From Hemiscyllium ocellatum (lineage: Eukaryota), in the NCBI RefSeq assembly GCF_020745735.1, contig NC_083409.1, forward strand, positions 18,310,341 through 18,374,340: a stretch of DNA of 64,000 nt, in the 5' to 3' direction. The position numbers and the translations under genes are program-made. Shown piece after piece: positions 11,326 through 22,917 of this stretch. Position 1 is the stretch's first letter, and each line of letters starts with the position of its first letter. The notes beneath the pieces were generated by a model. The model ran no database searches, was not told where the DNA came from, and saw nothing but the letters and a program-made list of their open reading frames with translations.

Positions 11326-11374
11326 CTGCGACACAGAATGCCAGGGGCCAGATCAGCTGGATGTGTGAAATCAT
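11326..11374 (-). pseudogene. IGKV: Leader exon of cluster 1 V (intact on its own)
   Basis: ATG at 11374-11372, MISHIQLIWPLAFCVA(G), GT donor, 186-bp phase-1 intron 11140-11325. Confidence 0.93.
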
Positions 11375-11434
11375 GGTGTGTGCTCCTGTCCCTGTGCCTG
11401 GATCCTGATAAACTCTCCCTTCACTGGGTTCTGC

Positions 11435-11514
11435 TTTATAAAGCTGCAGCCTGTGAGAGTCTGACTGGGTGTTCCTCAGTATGCAAATGACATCAGGCAG
11501 AGAGAGCCACGTCA
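11435..11514 (-). promoter_or_regulatory. V promoter of cluster 1: TATA, octamer, TGACGTGG
   Basis: TATAAA 11440-11435; perfect ATTTGCAT 11488-11481 in light-chain orientation (TCATTTGCAT); TGACGTGG 11514-11507. Confidence 0.9.
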
Positions 11515-11529
11515 GCCCTTCACAATTCC

Positions 11530-11592
11530 TCTTCTCTCTCTCCCTCTCTCGCTCTCTCTCTCTCTGTCTCACACACACACACACACACACAC
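11530..11592. repeat. Compound (CT)n(CA)n microsatellite upstream of the promoter
   Basis: Read directly; inverted paralog (GT)n(GA)n at about 42305-42380. Confidence 0.9.
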
Positions 11593-12117
11593 CCTTTGTC
11601 TCTGACTCACAGTGTCCCAGGTTGTGGCAGTTGAATTCAGGATGAATCTCCCTCTCTCTGCCCCACTCATGGATGTTAACCCTTGACCCCAGAAGCATGT
11701 TTTCTCCTGGAGTAAGGCCCCATTTTCCACATTGACCTGGATTTGGCCTCTCTCAGAAAGATGGCTAGATTCTTGTCAAATGAAGGGCAGTTCTGTGCTG
11801 TTGGCCTGTTCTCACTGGAGACTTGTTTGGACACAAAGCTCATTCCATGAAGGCCCAGCAGAGAGAGGAGATCCTCAGGCCATCAGTGTGAGCTAGAGGG
11901 ACAGCACAGGATCTGACCCCCTGATCCAGCATGTCCATTCACAACATTTTCCAATCCCTTCCCCTCCCCTACCCCTCTCCTTCTCTTTCCATGATCAGTC
12001 TCTGAGTCAGGGTGTTTTACTGGGATGTGGGTTGAACCATTATACAGTTACAACAGAAAGGAACTGAACCCCACACTCACCTTGGAGTCCATAATGCACT
12101 GGACTCTCCTTCAGAGT

Positions 12118-12381
12118 CCAGTAAACATGGGCCTCCTTCCTGCAGGAGCCTCCACTAGAGACCAGTAAACATTGGTCTCCCTCTGACTGGAGTCTCCAAA
12201 GGAGACCAGTAAACATGTACCTCTTTCGGACTGGATCGTCTAGTAAAGACCAGTAAACATGGACCTCCTTCCTGCTGGAACCTCCAACACAGACCAGTAA
12301 ACATGGATCTCCTTCTGACTGGATCCTCCAAGACAGACCAGTAAATATGGGCCTCCTAATCACTGCAACTTCCAATGGAGA
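12118..12381. repeat. 44-bp degenerate minisatellite, 6 units
   Basis: ccagtaaa(c/t)at starts at 12118, 12162, 12206, 12250, 12294 and 12338. Confidence 0.92.
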
Positions 12382-13610
12382 TGAGTAGATGGTTGAGTTT
12401 TTGAAGAAGGAAGCAAGAAGATAGGTAAAGATAGAGTAGTGCACTCTGTCTACATGGAGTTAATACAAGGTTCCCTATGGTAGACTGCTCAGTAAGATTA
12501 TATCACATAGGAGCCAGGGACAGCTCACCAATTGGATATGAAATTGTCCTGATGATAGGAGGCTGAGGCTGGTGAGAGAGGGTTGTTCTTCAGACTGGAG
12601 GCCAGTGACCAACTGTCTGTCACAAGAATCGATCATGGATCCACTGTTGTTCATCATTTATGTGAACAATTTGGATGAGAAAATAGCAGGAATGGTCAGT
12701 AAGTTTGTGGCTGATGTTAAAATTGTTGGCATAGTGGACAGGGAAGAAGGTTATCCAAGAGTGCAATGTCATCTTGATCAACTGGGCCAGTGGGTCAACA
12801 AATCCAGATGGAAATTTTAATAAATGGAAGGAGTTGCATTTTAGGAAGACAAACCAGGGCAGAAATTACACAATTAATGGTAGAGCCATGGGGAGTGTTG
12901 TTGAACAGAGAGACTGAGGGGTACAGGTACATAGTTCCTTGGAAGTGGTGTCACAGGTAGACAGGGTGGTGAAGAAGGTACTTGGCACGCCATCTTCACT
13001 GGTCAAAGCAGGGAGTACAGGAGCTGGGACATCATATTACAGCTGTACAAGGCATTGGGAAGGCCACATTTGGACACAGTACATTTCTGCTCACCCTGCT
13101 ATAGGAAGGAAGTTATGACAGTGGTTTGAATAAAAGAAAGATTAACAGGATGTTATCAAGATTGGAGGATTTGAATTACAAGATGAGGATGAATAGGCCA
13201 AGATGTTTTTCCAGGGAATGCAGGAGATTGAGGGGTGACCTTATAGAGGTTGTGGAATTAGGAAGGTCATAGATAAGGTGAATAGTCAAAGTCTTTTCCC
13301 CAGGGTAGGAGAGTCCAGTACTAGAAGGAGTAGGTTTACGTTGAGTGGGGAAAGAATTAGTAGGAAACTGAGGGGCAACATTTTCACACAGAGGTTAGTG
13401 TGTATGTGTAATGAGCTGACAGAAGAATTCGTAGAGGTGAGTACGATTACTACATTTCAAGGACATTTTTACAGGAACATGGATAGGAAGGATTAGAGAG
13501 AATTGGGCCAAACACATGCAAATGGGACTAGTTCAGTTTTGGATACTTGGTCGGCATGGATGAGTTGAGCTGAATGGCCTGATCACATGCTGTAAACCTC
13601 TATGACTCTT
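12382..13610 (+). mobile_element. CR1 LINE 3' part inserted into the 44-bp array
   Basis: DPLLFIIYVNNLDEKIAGMVSKFVADVKIVG RT motif and ctctatgactct tail. Paralog at 51790-53040. Confidence 0.85.
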
Positions 13611-13644
13611 TGGTGATATATACATGGGACACTTTCCCATAGAA

Positions 13645-13775
13645 CCAGTAAACACGGACCTCTTTCCACTGGAACCTCCAATAGACACCAATAAACAGGG
13701 ACCTCCTTCCCATTGGATGCTCCAGAAGAGACTAGTAAACATGGTCCTCCTTCCCTCAGGACTGTCCAGCACCTG
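13645..13775. repeat. 44-bp minisatellite, 3 further units
   Basis: Unit starts at 13645, 13688 and 13732. Paralog units at 53074, 53117 and 53161. Confidence 0.85.
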
Positions 13776-14974
13776 AGCTACAAATCCAACATCCTCTCCA
13801 TAATGTAGGTCTCTTATTTCAATCTCAACAACATTGTCTCTGCACTACCTCGGCCTCTTGAACACAGAAACCCCAATTCCTGCTCGTCCTGCCCCCTAAC
13901 TCTATGATTCCAATGTCCTCTCCCAGCTTCCTAAAGCCATATTCCATAAACTCCAACTTGTCTGATATGAAGTGGGCCCTTCCCTGTCTTATCCATCTGT
14001 CATTCCAGAATGACCCCTGACCTCACTGCTAGCCAATTGCCTCCATGGCCTCCCCCCTCCCTCCGTCTGTGTCCTGCTGCAGACTCACATTCCCTCCCTC
14101 CCCCTTCCATCTTCTGTCTCTGGTCTCCTGCCCATTGCTGCTTGCTCCATCCCACCATTGACAGCAGAGCATTCAGATCCATACAGCATGCTCTCTGACC
14201 TCCTGCCCTTGATCCCTCCCCCTCTGAATGGTTGTGCTATCGAATATACTGTTCAATCCCATCACTTTTGGTTCACTGTTCCCTTGCCATTGATTTGCTG
14301 AATTATTCCTCATCAGTGAATCTAGTCTGGCCTGTTCCTTGAGTTGGTTCAAGAGAGTTTCCCTTGAGAAAACACTCTTCTGTAAACTGGGTTGTCTGTT
14401 TCTCCCAGTCTTTGTGTAAAGGTGAGTCTAAGTGTGTGTAAGCTCTAAAACAGCACAGACAGAGGTCACTGGGCTGATTGTGACTGTTAGTCAAATGAGT
14501 CCAATGAGTTCCCATTTCTCCAGCCCTTCCTGTATAACCCTGCAATTATTTCCTTTTCAGCTATTTCTCCAAATGCCCTTTTGAAAGTTGCTGTTGAATC
14601 CACTTCCACTCACCTTGCAGACAGTCATTATGAACTCGCTGGATAAAAAATGTTCCTATCTTCTCTCTTGTGCTTTAGACTCTTTCTGAAATGTGTGCCC
14701 TCTGGTTACTGACCCTCCTGCCTGGAGAAACAATTTGTCCAGTATTTACTGCATCCAAACTCTCTAATTGTGAACCCCTCATTGAGTGAGACCTATTTCC
14801 AGCACAGGGGGAGAACATTCAGCCTGTCAGGTAAATGCTGTCATTTCATGGAGCAATCCAGTCAGTCCCACACCCTCCCCTACTCGACCCCCAGGGCCTT
14901 GCAGGTTTATTTCCATCAAGAGCCCATCCAATCTGCCATGCAATCACTGAGTGTCTTCACCTGTCTCACCTGAA

Positions 14975-15560
14975 TGGGCATTAATTTCCAAGACTTTGCC
15001 AATTTCTGCTAAAATCAAAGTTCTTTCTGACATTCCATATCTCTTGCCCAACAGAATGTAAGATAATCTCAAAGGGAAGACAGGATTTTGTCTCCACACG
15101 GACTGTGCGGTGGTCACTCTTACTGATACTGTCATGGACAGATACACCAGCAGCAGGCAGGTTGGTGAGGGTGATAGTGAGTATGTTTTTCCCTCTTGTT
15201 GGTTCCCTCACCACCTGCCCCAGGTCCAGTCTAGCAGCTGAATCAGGTGGACTTGACCAGCTTGCTCAGTAGTGATGCTTCTGAGCAGCTCTTGATGGTG
15301 GGCTTTGAAGTCCCTTACTCAGGGTATATCCTGCATCATTCCCTCCCTCAGTGCTCCCACCAAGTGTTGTTCAACATGGAGGAGGACTGACTGCTCAGTT
15401 GAGGTTGGAGGGGAGGGCGGTGCTATGTGGTAATCAGCAGGAGGTTTGCTTCCCCATGTTTGACCTGCTGTCATGAGGCTTCATGGATTCCATAGTTAAT
15501 GGTGAGGACTCCCAGGGCAACTCCCTTCCGACTGTACACATCACTGTGTTGCCTCCCCTG
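14975..15560 (-). mobile_element. LINE endonuclease-region fragment (CR1/L2 clade)
   Basis: VREPTRGKNILTITLTNLP..SDHRTVRVETK. Paralog at 54400-54990; a related independent copy at about 39850-41400. Confidence 0.7.
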
Positions 15561-15744
15561 CTTGGTCTATCCTGCCAGTTATAAACTGAATGAGGGAAAA
15601 ATTCTGTGCAGGTTTCACAGCTTGGAGACAGAGCTGCTGCTGGATTCTGTTTCTGATCTCCGAGTGCAGGCGTGTGTGTTTGTGAGAGAGTGACTGACAC
15701 TTTTTCCAAAACTGTGCTGCTTCTGCAAAAAATAAATCCTAGAA

Positions 15745-16015
15745 CCAGCCTCCTGTGCTGTCAGATTCCAGGGAGTGCAGATGGTTCACAGTTTTCTCCC
15801 GTCTCAGTAACAAACACCCAGCTGCTCCGAGCTCCTTCTTTCACTTCCTCTTTTTTGTGAAGTTTCAACCTTGCGATCTGACAGTCTTTGCAGTTATTTT
15901 TTACACTGGGGCTTTCTGCTTTAGTCAGAATCTCTAATAATAAGTGTCCGATCAGTGACAATCACAGCAGCTAAGAGCAGTCAGGACTGAGGAGCCAGGC
16001 TCACTGTGAAACATA
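15745..16015 (-). promoter_or_regulatory. Candidate B-cell enhancer upstream of cluster 1
   Basis: Minus-strand AAAAGAGGAAGTGAAA (EICE core 15848-15839); E-boxes CAGCTG 15819-15824 and CAGATG 15778-15783. Conserved in three paralogs. Confidence 0.55.
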
Positions 16016-16480
16016 TTGGGAAGATCAAAGCCATCCTCTTCAGATCCTGGTATAAGCTCCATCCCTCTCCCTGAGAATTGTCTGCTGCTCAATCAGACTC
16101 TTTACAAACTGGGTCTCATGTTTGAGAATGATCTAAGACCCATATCTTCCATATCACAAAGATCAGCCACTGAAAATCTCAGCCATGTTTATGGGGCTCC
16201 AAACATGACCATTCCAATGGCTGATGCACATCACAGCCACTGCCCTCCGTATCCTTCAGCTCATCCAAAATTCTGCAGCCCGTATCCAAACTTGCACCAA
16301 GTCCCGTTCCCACAACCCCTGCATCCCGTGCTTATATTGGCTCCTGGTCAAGCAACACCTCAATTTTCAAATTCTCATCCTTGTTCTCAAATCCCTCTCT
16401 GCCCTCCACTCTCCCTACCTCTGTAACCTCCTCCAAGCTGCCTCACTCCGTGTGGTCAGCAGTCTTGGATAATTGGCTCT
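16016..16480 (+). mobile_element. L2-type LINE RT C-terminal fragment
   Basis: LQLIQNSAARIQTCTK..LYWLLVKQHLNFQILILVLK. Paralogs at 38290-38790 (-) and 55440-55860 (+). Confidence 0.75.
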
Positions 16481-16689
16481 CTATTCCTTCATCCAAGTCA
16501 TTGAGAAATATTGTGAAATACTGAGGCCCCTGCACAAATCTCTGGGGACACCAACATTCACATCTTGTTCATTAGAGAGAACGCACATTATCCCTCGTCT
16601 CTGTCTCCTACCTCCAAACTAATTCCTAACCCAAGACAAATACTTTTCTATCACTGTCTTGATGATAGGAAGCAGAGGTAATATTGTCA

Positions 16690-17520
16690 GACTGTCAGAC
16701 TGGAGGCCTGTGTTGAGTGGAGTGCATCAGGGCTCAGTGCTGGCCCCATTACTGTTTGTTATTAATATTAATGATTTGGATGAGAACCTGTAAGGCATGA
16801 TTAGTAAGTTTGATGTGCAGGTCAGGTGAATTGGATATGTTAAATTGGCCATAGTCTTAGGTACATTAGTCAGATGGAAATGTGTCTAAATGGGTTACTC
16901 TTCAGAGGGTCAGTGTGGATTGGTTGGGCCGAAGACCTGTTTCCAAACTGGAGGGAATCTAATCTCTAATCTTGTACAGGATGTCAGTGATGTCGCACTT
17001 GGAATATTGTATTCAGTTTGGTCACCTTGTTATAGGAAGGATATTACTAAACCAGAAAGAGTACAGAAGAAATTTGCAAGGATGTTGCCTGGACTCAACA
17101 ATCTGAGTTATAGGAGGAAGTTAGGCAAGTTGGACTTTTTTCTTAGAGCGTAGGAGACTGGTGGGGGAACTTTTAGAAGTGTATAAGATCATGAGAGACA
17201 TGGATAGGGTTGGGGAAACGAGGATGAGAGGGCATCAGTTTAGTGTTAGAGAGGAATGAATAAAAGGGAACCTGAGGGGCAACATTTTTACACAGAGGGT
17301 GGCAAGCATGTGGAATGAGATGCCAGCTGAAGTGATTGAGGTGGATACATTAACAACATTTAAAAGACATTTGGACAAATACATAGATAGGAAAACATTT
17401 GAAGGATATGGGCCAAGTGCAGGGAAATGGGGTTAGCGTGGATGGACATTTTGGTCAGCACGGTCCAGTTTGGGCCAAAGGGCCTGTCTCTGTGCTGTAG
17501 GACTCGATGGCTCTAAGACT
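16690..17520 (+). mobile_element. CR1 LINE 3' fragment with SINE piece
   Basis: WSPCYRKDITKPERVQKKFARMLPGL. Paralog at 56090-56950. Confidence 0.8.
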
Positions 17521-17559
17521 CTATAATTCCATATGTTTCCATGTTCATGAACAAACATA

Positions 17560-18840
17560 GAAACAAAGGAACTAGGAGCAAGAGGAAGCCATTCAGCCCT
17601 TCGAGTTAGCTCTGCCATTCAATATGACCATGGCTTTTCATCCAACTTAGTCCCCTGCTCCCATTTTTTCTCCATAAAATTTAACCTCTTTAGTCCTAAG
17701 AATATACTTATTCTCTCTTGAAAATATTGAATGTTTTAGGCTCAACTGCTTTCTGTGACAGAATATTCCACGAGCTTCCCAGTCTCTGGCTAAAGAAATG
17801 TCTCCTCAGCTCAGTCTGAAATAACATTTCCCTTTTCTTTAAACCATAATTCGTAGTTCTGGATTCCCCAGTCATCAGGAACATCCTCCCTGTGTTGCTC
17901 TAGTCTTGTCCTGTTCGGATTTTCAAGGTTACAATTTGATTCCTTTCAATCTTCTAAGCGCCAATGAATATAATCCTAACTGATCCAGTTTCTCATCAGA
18001 TCTAAGTGCTGTCATCCCAGGAATCAGTCTGGTAAACCTTTCCTTCCTTCCCTCCACGGCCAGAACATCCTTCCTCAGATAAGGAGCGCGAAACTACCCA
18101 CGACAGAATCATAAAATCACACAGTACAGAGGAGGCCCTTCAGCCCATTAACTGTGTACCAGCCAAACTACACTAAACCTATACCAGTCCCACTTTCCAA
18201 CATAAGGCCCACAGCTTGAATGTTATAACATTTCAACTGCTCACCCAAGTACATTTTAAAGTTTGTGAGGTTTCCCACCTCAACCCCACTCCCAGGCTTT
18301 GCATTCCAGATGCACACCAGCCTCTGGATGAAAAACATTTTCCTCAAAACATCTTCAAACCTCCTATCTTTCACATTGAATATGAGCCAACTTGTTATTG
18401 ACCCTCCCACGAATGAGAACAGCTGCTTTCTATCCACCCTGTCCATTCCCCTCATAACCTTATACACCTCTATCAGGTCCCCCCTCCACCTTCTCTGCTC
18501 TGAAGAAAACAACCCGAGCTGATCGAATTTCTCTTCATCACTGAAAAGCTCCATCCCACACAACATCCTGGTGATTCCCCTCTGCACCCCAACCAGTGCA
18601 ATCACCTCCTTCCTACAGTGTGGTGACCTGAACTGCACACAGTACTCCAACTGTGGCCTAACCAATGTTCTACTTAACTGCAACATATCCTCCTGCTTTT
18701 ATAACCACTAGCTGAAATGACAAAGGCAAGTGTCCCCTCTGCCTTTATAACTGCTCCGTTAACCTGTCTTGCCATATTCAGCGATCAGTGGAGAAGCACC
18801 CCAAGATCACGCTGTTCCTTAGAGCTTCCTCAGTTCAAAG
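17560..18840 (-). mobile_element. CR1 LINE 3' fragments
   Basis: RTLVRPQLEYCVQFRSPHCRKEVIALVGVQRGITRML..RGDLIEVYKVMRG. Paralog at 57000-58260. Confidence 0.85.
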
Positions 18841-18844
18841 AACG

Positions 18845-21800
18845 AAGAACAATGAAAATTACAGCACAAGAACTGGCCCTTCGGCCCTACTAGCCTGCAC
18901 TGGTCCATACCTCATCTAAATCTGTCATCAATTTTCCAAGGGTCTATCTCCCTTTGCTCCCTGCCCATCCATGTATCTATCTAGATATATCTTAAATGAT
19001 GCTATTGTGCCTGCCTCTACCACCTCCACTGGCAACGTGTTCCAGGACCAATCACTCTCTGTGTGAAGAACTTTCCATACATATCTCCTTTAAATGTTTC
19101 CACTCTCACTTTGAACTCATGACCCCGAGTAATTGAGTCCCTCACTCTGGGAAAAAGTTTCTTGCTATCCACCCTGTCTACACCTCTCATGATTTTGTAG
19201 ACGTCAATCAGGTCCCCCCTCAATGTTCGACTTTCTAATGAAAATAATCCTATACTACTCAACCTCTCTTCATAGCTCGTGCCCTCCATACCAGGCAATC
19301 TTGGTGAACCTCCTCTGCACCCTCTCCAAAGCATCTACATCCTTCTGGCTGTGTGGCGACCAGAACTGTGGGCAGTATTCCAAATCTGGCCAAGCTAAAG
19401 TCCGATATAATTCTAACATGACCTGCCAACTCTTGTACTGAATACCACGTTTGATGAAGGAAGGTATGCCATATGCCTTCTTGACCACTCTATCGATCTG
19501 TATTGCCACCTCCAGGGTGCAATGGACCTGAACACCCAGGTCTCTCTGGCCATCAATTTTCCCAGGGTGTTCCATTCACCGTACAGTTTACTCCAGATTT
19601 GGATTTTCCAAAATTCATCAGATCACATTTCACCGGATTGAACTCCATCCATCCGTTTCTCTGCCCAACTCTCCAATCTGTCTATATTCTGCTACATTCT
19701 CTGTCAGTCCCCTTCACTATCTGCTACTCCACCAATCTTAGCGTCATCTGCAAACTTGTTAATCAGATCACCTATACCTACCTCCAGATCATTTATGTAT
19801 ATCAAAAACAAGAGCGGTACCAGCACGGATTCCTGTTCTCCATTCTGAAAAACTCCTTCCACTACTACTGTCTGTCTTCTGTTGCCCAGCCTGTTCTCTA
19901 TCCATCTAGTGAGTACACTCTGGACCCCATGCGACTTTAATTTCTCCATCAGGCTGCCATGGGGAACTTTATCAAACACCTTACTGAAGTCCATGTGTAT
20001 GACATCCACAGCCCTTCCCTCCTCAATCAACTTTATCACTTCTTCAAAAACGTCTATAAAGTTGGTAAGACATGACATTCCCTGCACAAAATCATGCTGC
20101 CTGTTACTGAAATTTCTTCCAAATGTAAATAGATCTTATCCCTCAGTATCTTCTCCAGCAGCTTCTCTACCACTACATCAGGCTCACTGGTTGATAGTTA
20201 CCTGGATTATCCTGGCTACCCTTCTTAAACATGAGCAATTCTCCAGTCCTCTGGGACCTCATCCATGTTCAAGGTTGCTACAAAGATATCGATTAAGGAC
20301 TCAATTATTTCCTCTCTTGCTTCCCTCAGTAAGCTGGGATCGATCCCATCCCGACCTGGGGACTTGTGCACCTTGATGCCTTTTAAAATACCCAACACTT
20401 CCTCCTTCCTTAAACCGACTTGACCCTGAGTAATCAAACACCTATCCCCAACTTCAACATCTGTCATTTCCCTCTCCTTGGTGAATACCAACGTAAAGCA
20501 CTCATTAAGAATTTCATCCATTTTCTCTGACTCCACACATAACATTCCTCCTTTGTCCTTGAGTGGGCCAACCCTTTCTCTAGTCACCCACTTGCTCCTA
20601 ATATAACAATAAAAGGATTTGGAATTTTCCTTAATCCTGTTTGCTAATGATATTTCATGACCCTTTTTAGCCCTTCTAATTCCTCATTTCAGATCGGTCC
20701 AACTTTCCCAATATTCTTCCAAAGCTTTGTCTGTTTTCAACAACCGAAACCTGATGTATGCATCCTTTTTCCTCTTAGCTAGTCTCAAAATTTCATCTGT
20801 CATCCAGCGTTCCCTAATTCTGCCATTTCAATCCTTATTTTCACAGGGACATGTCTGTCCTGACTCTAGTCAACCTCTCTTTAAAAGCCTCCCACATATC
20901 AAATGTGGATTTCCCTTTAAACAGCTACTCCCAATCCACATTCCCCAGCTCCTGCCAAATTTTGGGATAGTTGGCCTTCCTCCACTTTAGCCCTCTTCCT
21001 TTAGAACCAATCTCATCTTTGTCCATGAGCATTCTAAAACTTATGGAATCGTGATCACTCTTCCCAAAGTAATCCCTGACTGAGATTTCAACCACCTGAC
21101 CGGGCTCATTCCCCAATACCAGGTCCAGTATGGCCCCTTCCTGAGTTAGACTATTTCCACATTACTCTGTAAAATCCTCCTGAATGCTCATTACAAATTC
21201 TGCTCCATCTTAACTGCTAACATGAAGTGAATCCCAGTCAATGTTGGGAAAATTAAAATCTTCCATCACCACCACCTTGTTACTCCTACATCTTTCCATA
21301 ATCTGTTTACATATTTGTACCTCTATCCCACGTTCACTGTTAGGAGGCTTGTAGGATAGCACCAACATTGTTACTGCACCCTTCCTGTTTCTGAGCTCTG
21401 CCCATATTGCCCCACTGCTCGAGTCCTCCATAGTGCCCTCCTTCAGCACACCTGTAATATCCACTCTTACCTGTAATGCAACTCCTCCATCCCTTTTACC
21501 TCCCTCTCAAACCCATCTGATACATCTGTATCCTGGGATATTTAGTTGCCAATCTTGCCCTTCCCTCAACCACGTCTCAGTAATAGCAATAACATCATAC
21601 TCCCAGATACTAGTCCAAGCCCTAAATTCCTCTGCCTTACCTACTACACTTCTCACATTAAAACAAATTCACCTCAGACCATCTGTCCCTTTGCGTTCAT
21701 CATCTGCTCCCTACCTACTCTTAACCTTAGTCACGCTGACTTCAATATCTAATTCCTGACAGGCTTTAGTTACTCCCTCCTTATTGCCCACTAACCTCCT

Positions 21801-22290
21801 CATTTGGTTCCTATCCCTCTGATACACTATTTTGAACCCTCCCCAAGAGTGTGATCAAACACATCCCACAGGACACTGGTTCCAGTCCTGCCCAGGTGTA
21901 GACGGCTCGATTTGTAATTGTCCTACCTCCCCAGGAACCAGTCCCAATGTCCCAAAAATCTGAACCCCTCCCTCCTGCACCATCTCTCAAGCCATGCATT
22001 CATCCTGCCTATACTTTCATTTCGACTCTGACTAGCACATGGCACTGGGAGCAATCCTGAGATTACTACCTCTGAGATCCTACATGGTTCCTAACTCCCT
22101 AAATTCTGCTTGTAGGGCCTCATTCCATTTATTACCGATATCATCCGTGTCTGCATGAACCGTCACAGCTAGCTGTTCACCTCCCCCTTCAGAATGTCCT
22201 GCAGCCGATCTGAGACATCCCTGACCCGTACAACTGGGAGGCAACATGCTATTCGTGAGTCTTGTTTTTGACCACAGAACCGCCGATCTA
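18845..22290 (-). mobile_element. Near full-length degenerate CR1 LINE (ORF1 esterase, endonuclease, RT)
   Basis: VTVHADTDDIG (ORF1), WAELRNRKG..EDFNFPNIDWD (EN), DFSKVFDKVPHG..YINDLE..FADDAKIG (RT). Paralog at 58280-61720. Confidence 0.9.
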
Positions 22291-22917
22291 CTCCCCTTAC
22301 AAAGTCCAAACAAACCATATCTATGCCCCCCCCCCCCGATCAATCCATCCACTACATCCTCAAACAATTTCGGTCGATTTTTTAAGCATGATTTCCCTTT
22401 CGAAAATTCATGCTGACTCTGTCCAGTTCTGTCACTGTTTTCAAACTACTAAGCTATAAAATATTTTATAATGAACTTGAGCATTTTCTCCACTGCTGAT
22501 TTCTGGCTCAATGGTCTAAAATTTCTTATTTTCCCTCTCTCTCTCTCTCTTTTTCAATAGACTTGTTAAATTAACTCCCTCCACTCTGTAGGACCTATTC
22601 CACAGTCAACAAACAGATAACCATCAATGTTTCTAATATTTTACAACCACTTCCTGAAGCACTCCTGAAAATAGATTATTTGGCCCTGCTGATTTAAGAC
22701 ATTCTAATTTTCCCAGAACCATTTTCCTCCAACAACTGACTTCCTTCAGCTCCTTCCTTTGATAAAACCCCAAGTTCACCAACATGTCTGAGATTTATTT
22801 GAGAATTCATTTGTGCAGAAAGATCCAGAATATGTTTATCTGTCATCTCTTTGTTCCAACGATAACATTATAACACTTGTGTGGAACTTCCTTGAATGTC
22901 ATCTGGACGTCCATATA

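Larger units (their letters stand above)
3057..11965. repeat. Arm A of inverted cluster duplication (pairs with 41908-51747)
   Basis: Reverse-complement colinearity of upstream flank, promoter, L, V, J and J-C intron, including shared TE fragments. Confidence 0.95.

Noticed and set aside
12118-12381. CRISPR-like look: conserved ~14-bp core with variable 30-bp spacers
   Set aside because: Vertebrate context, no cas genes, and the spacers resemble one another. It is a degenerate minisatellite.
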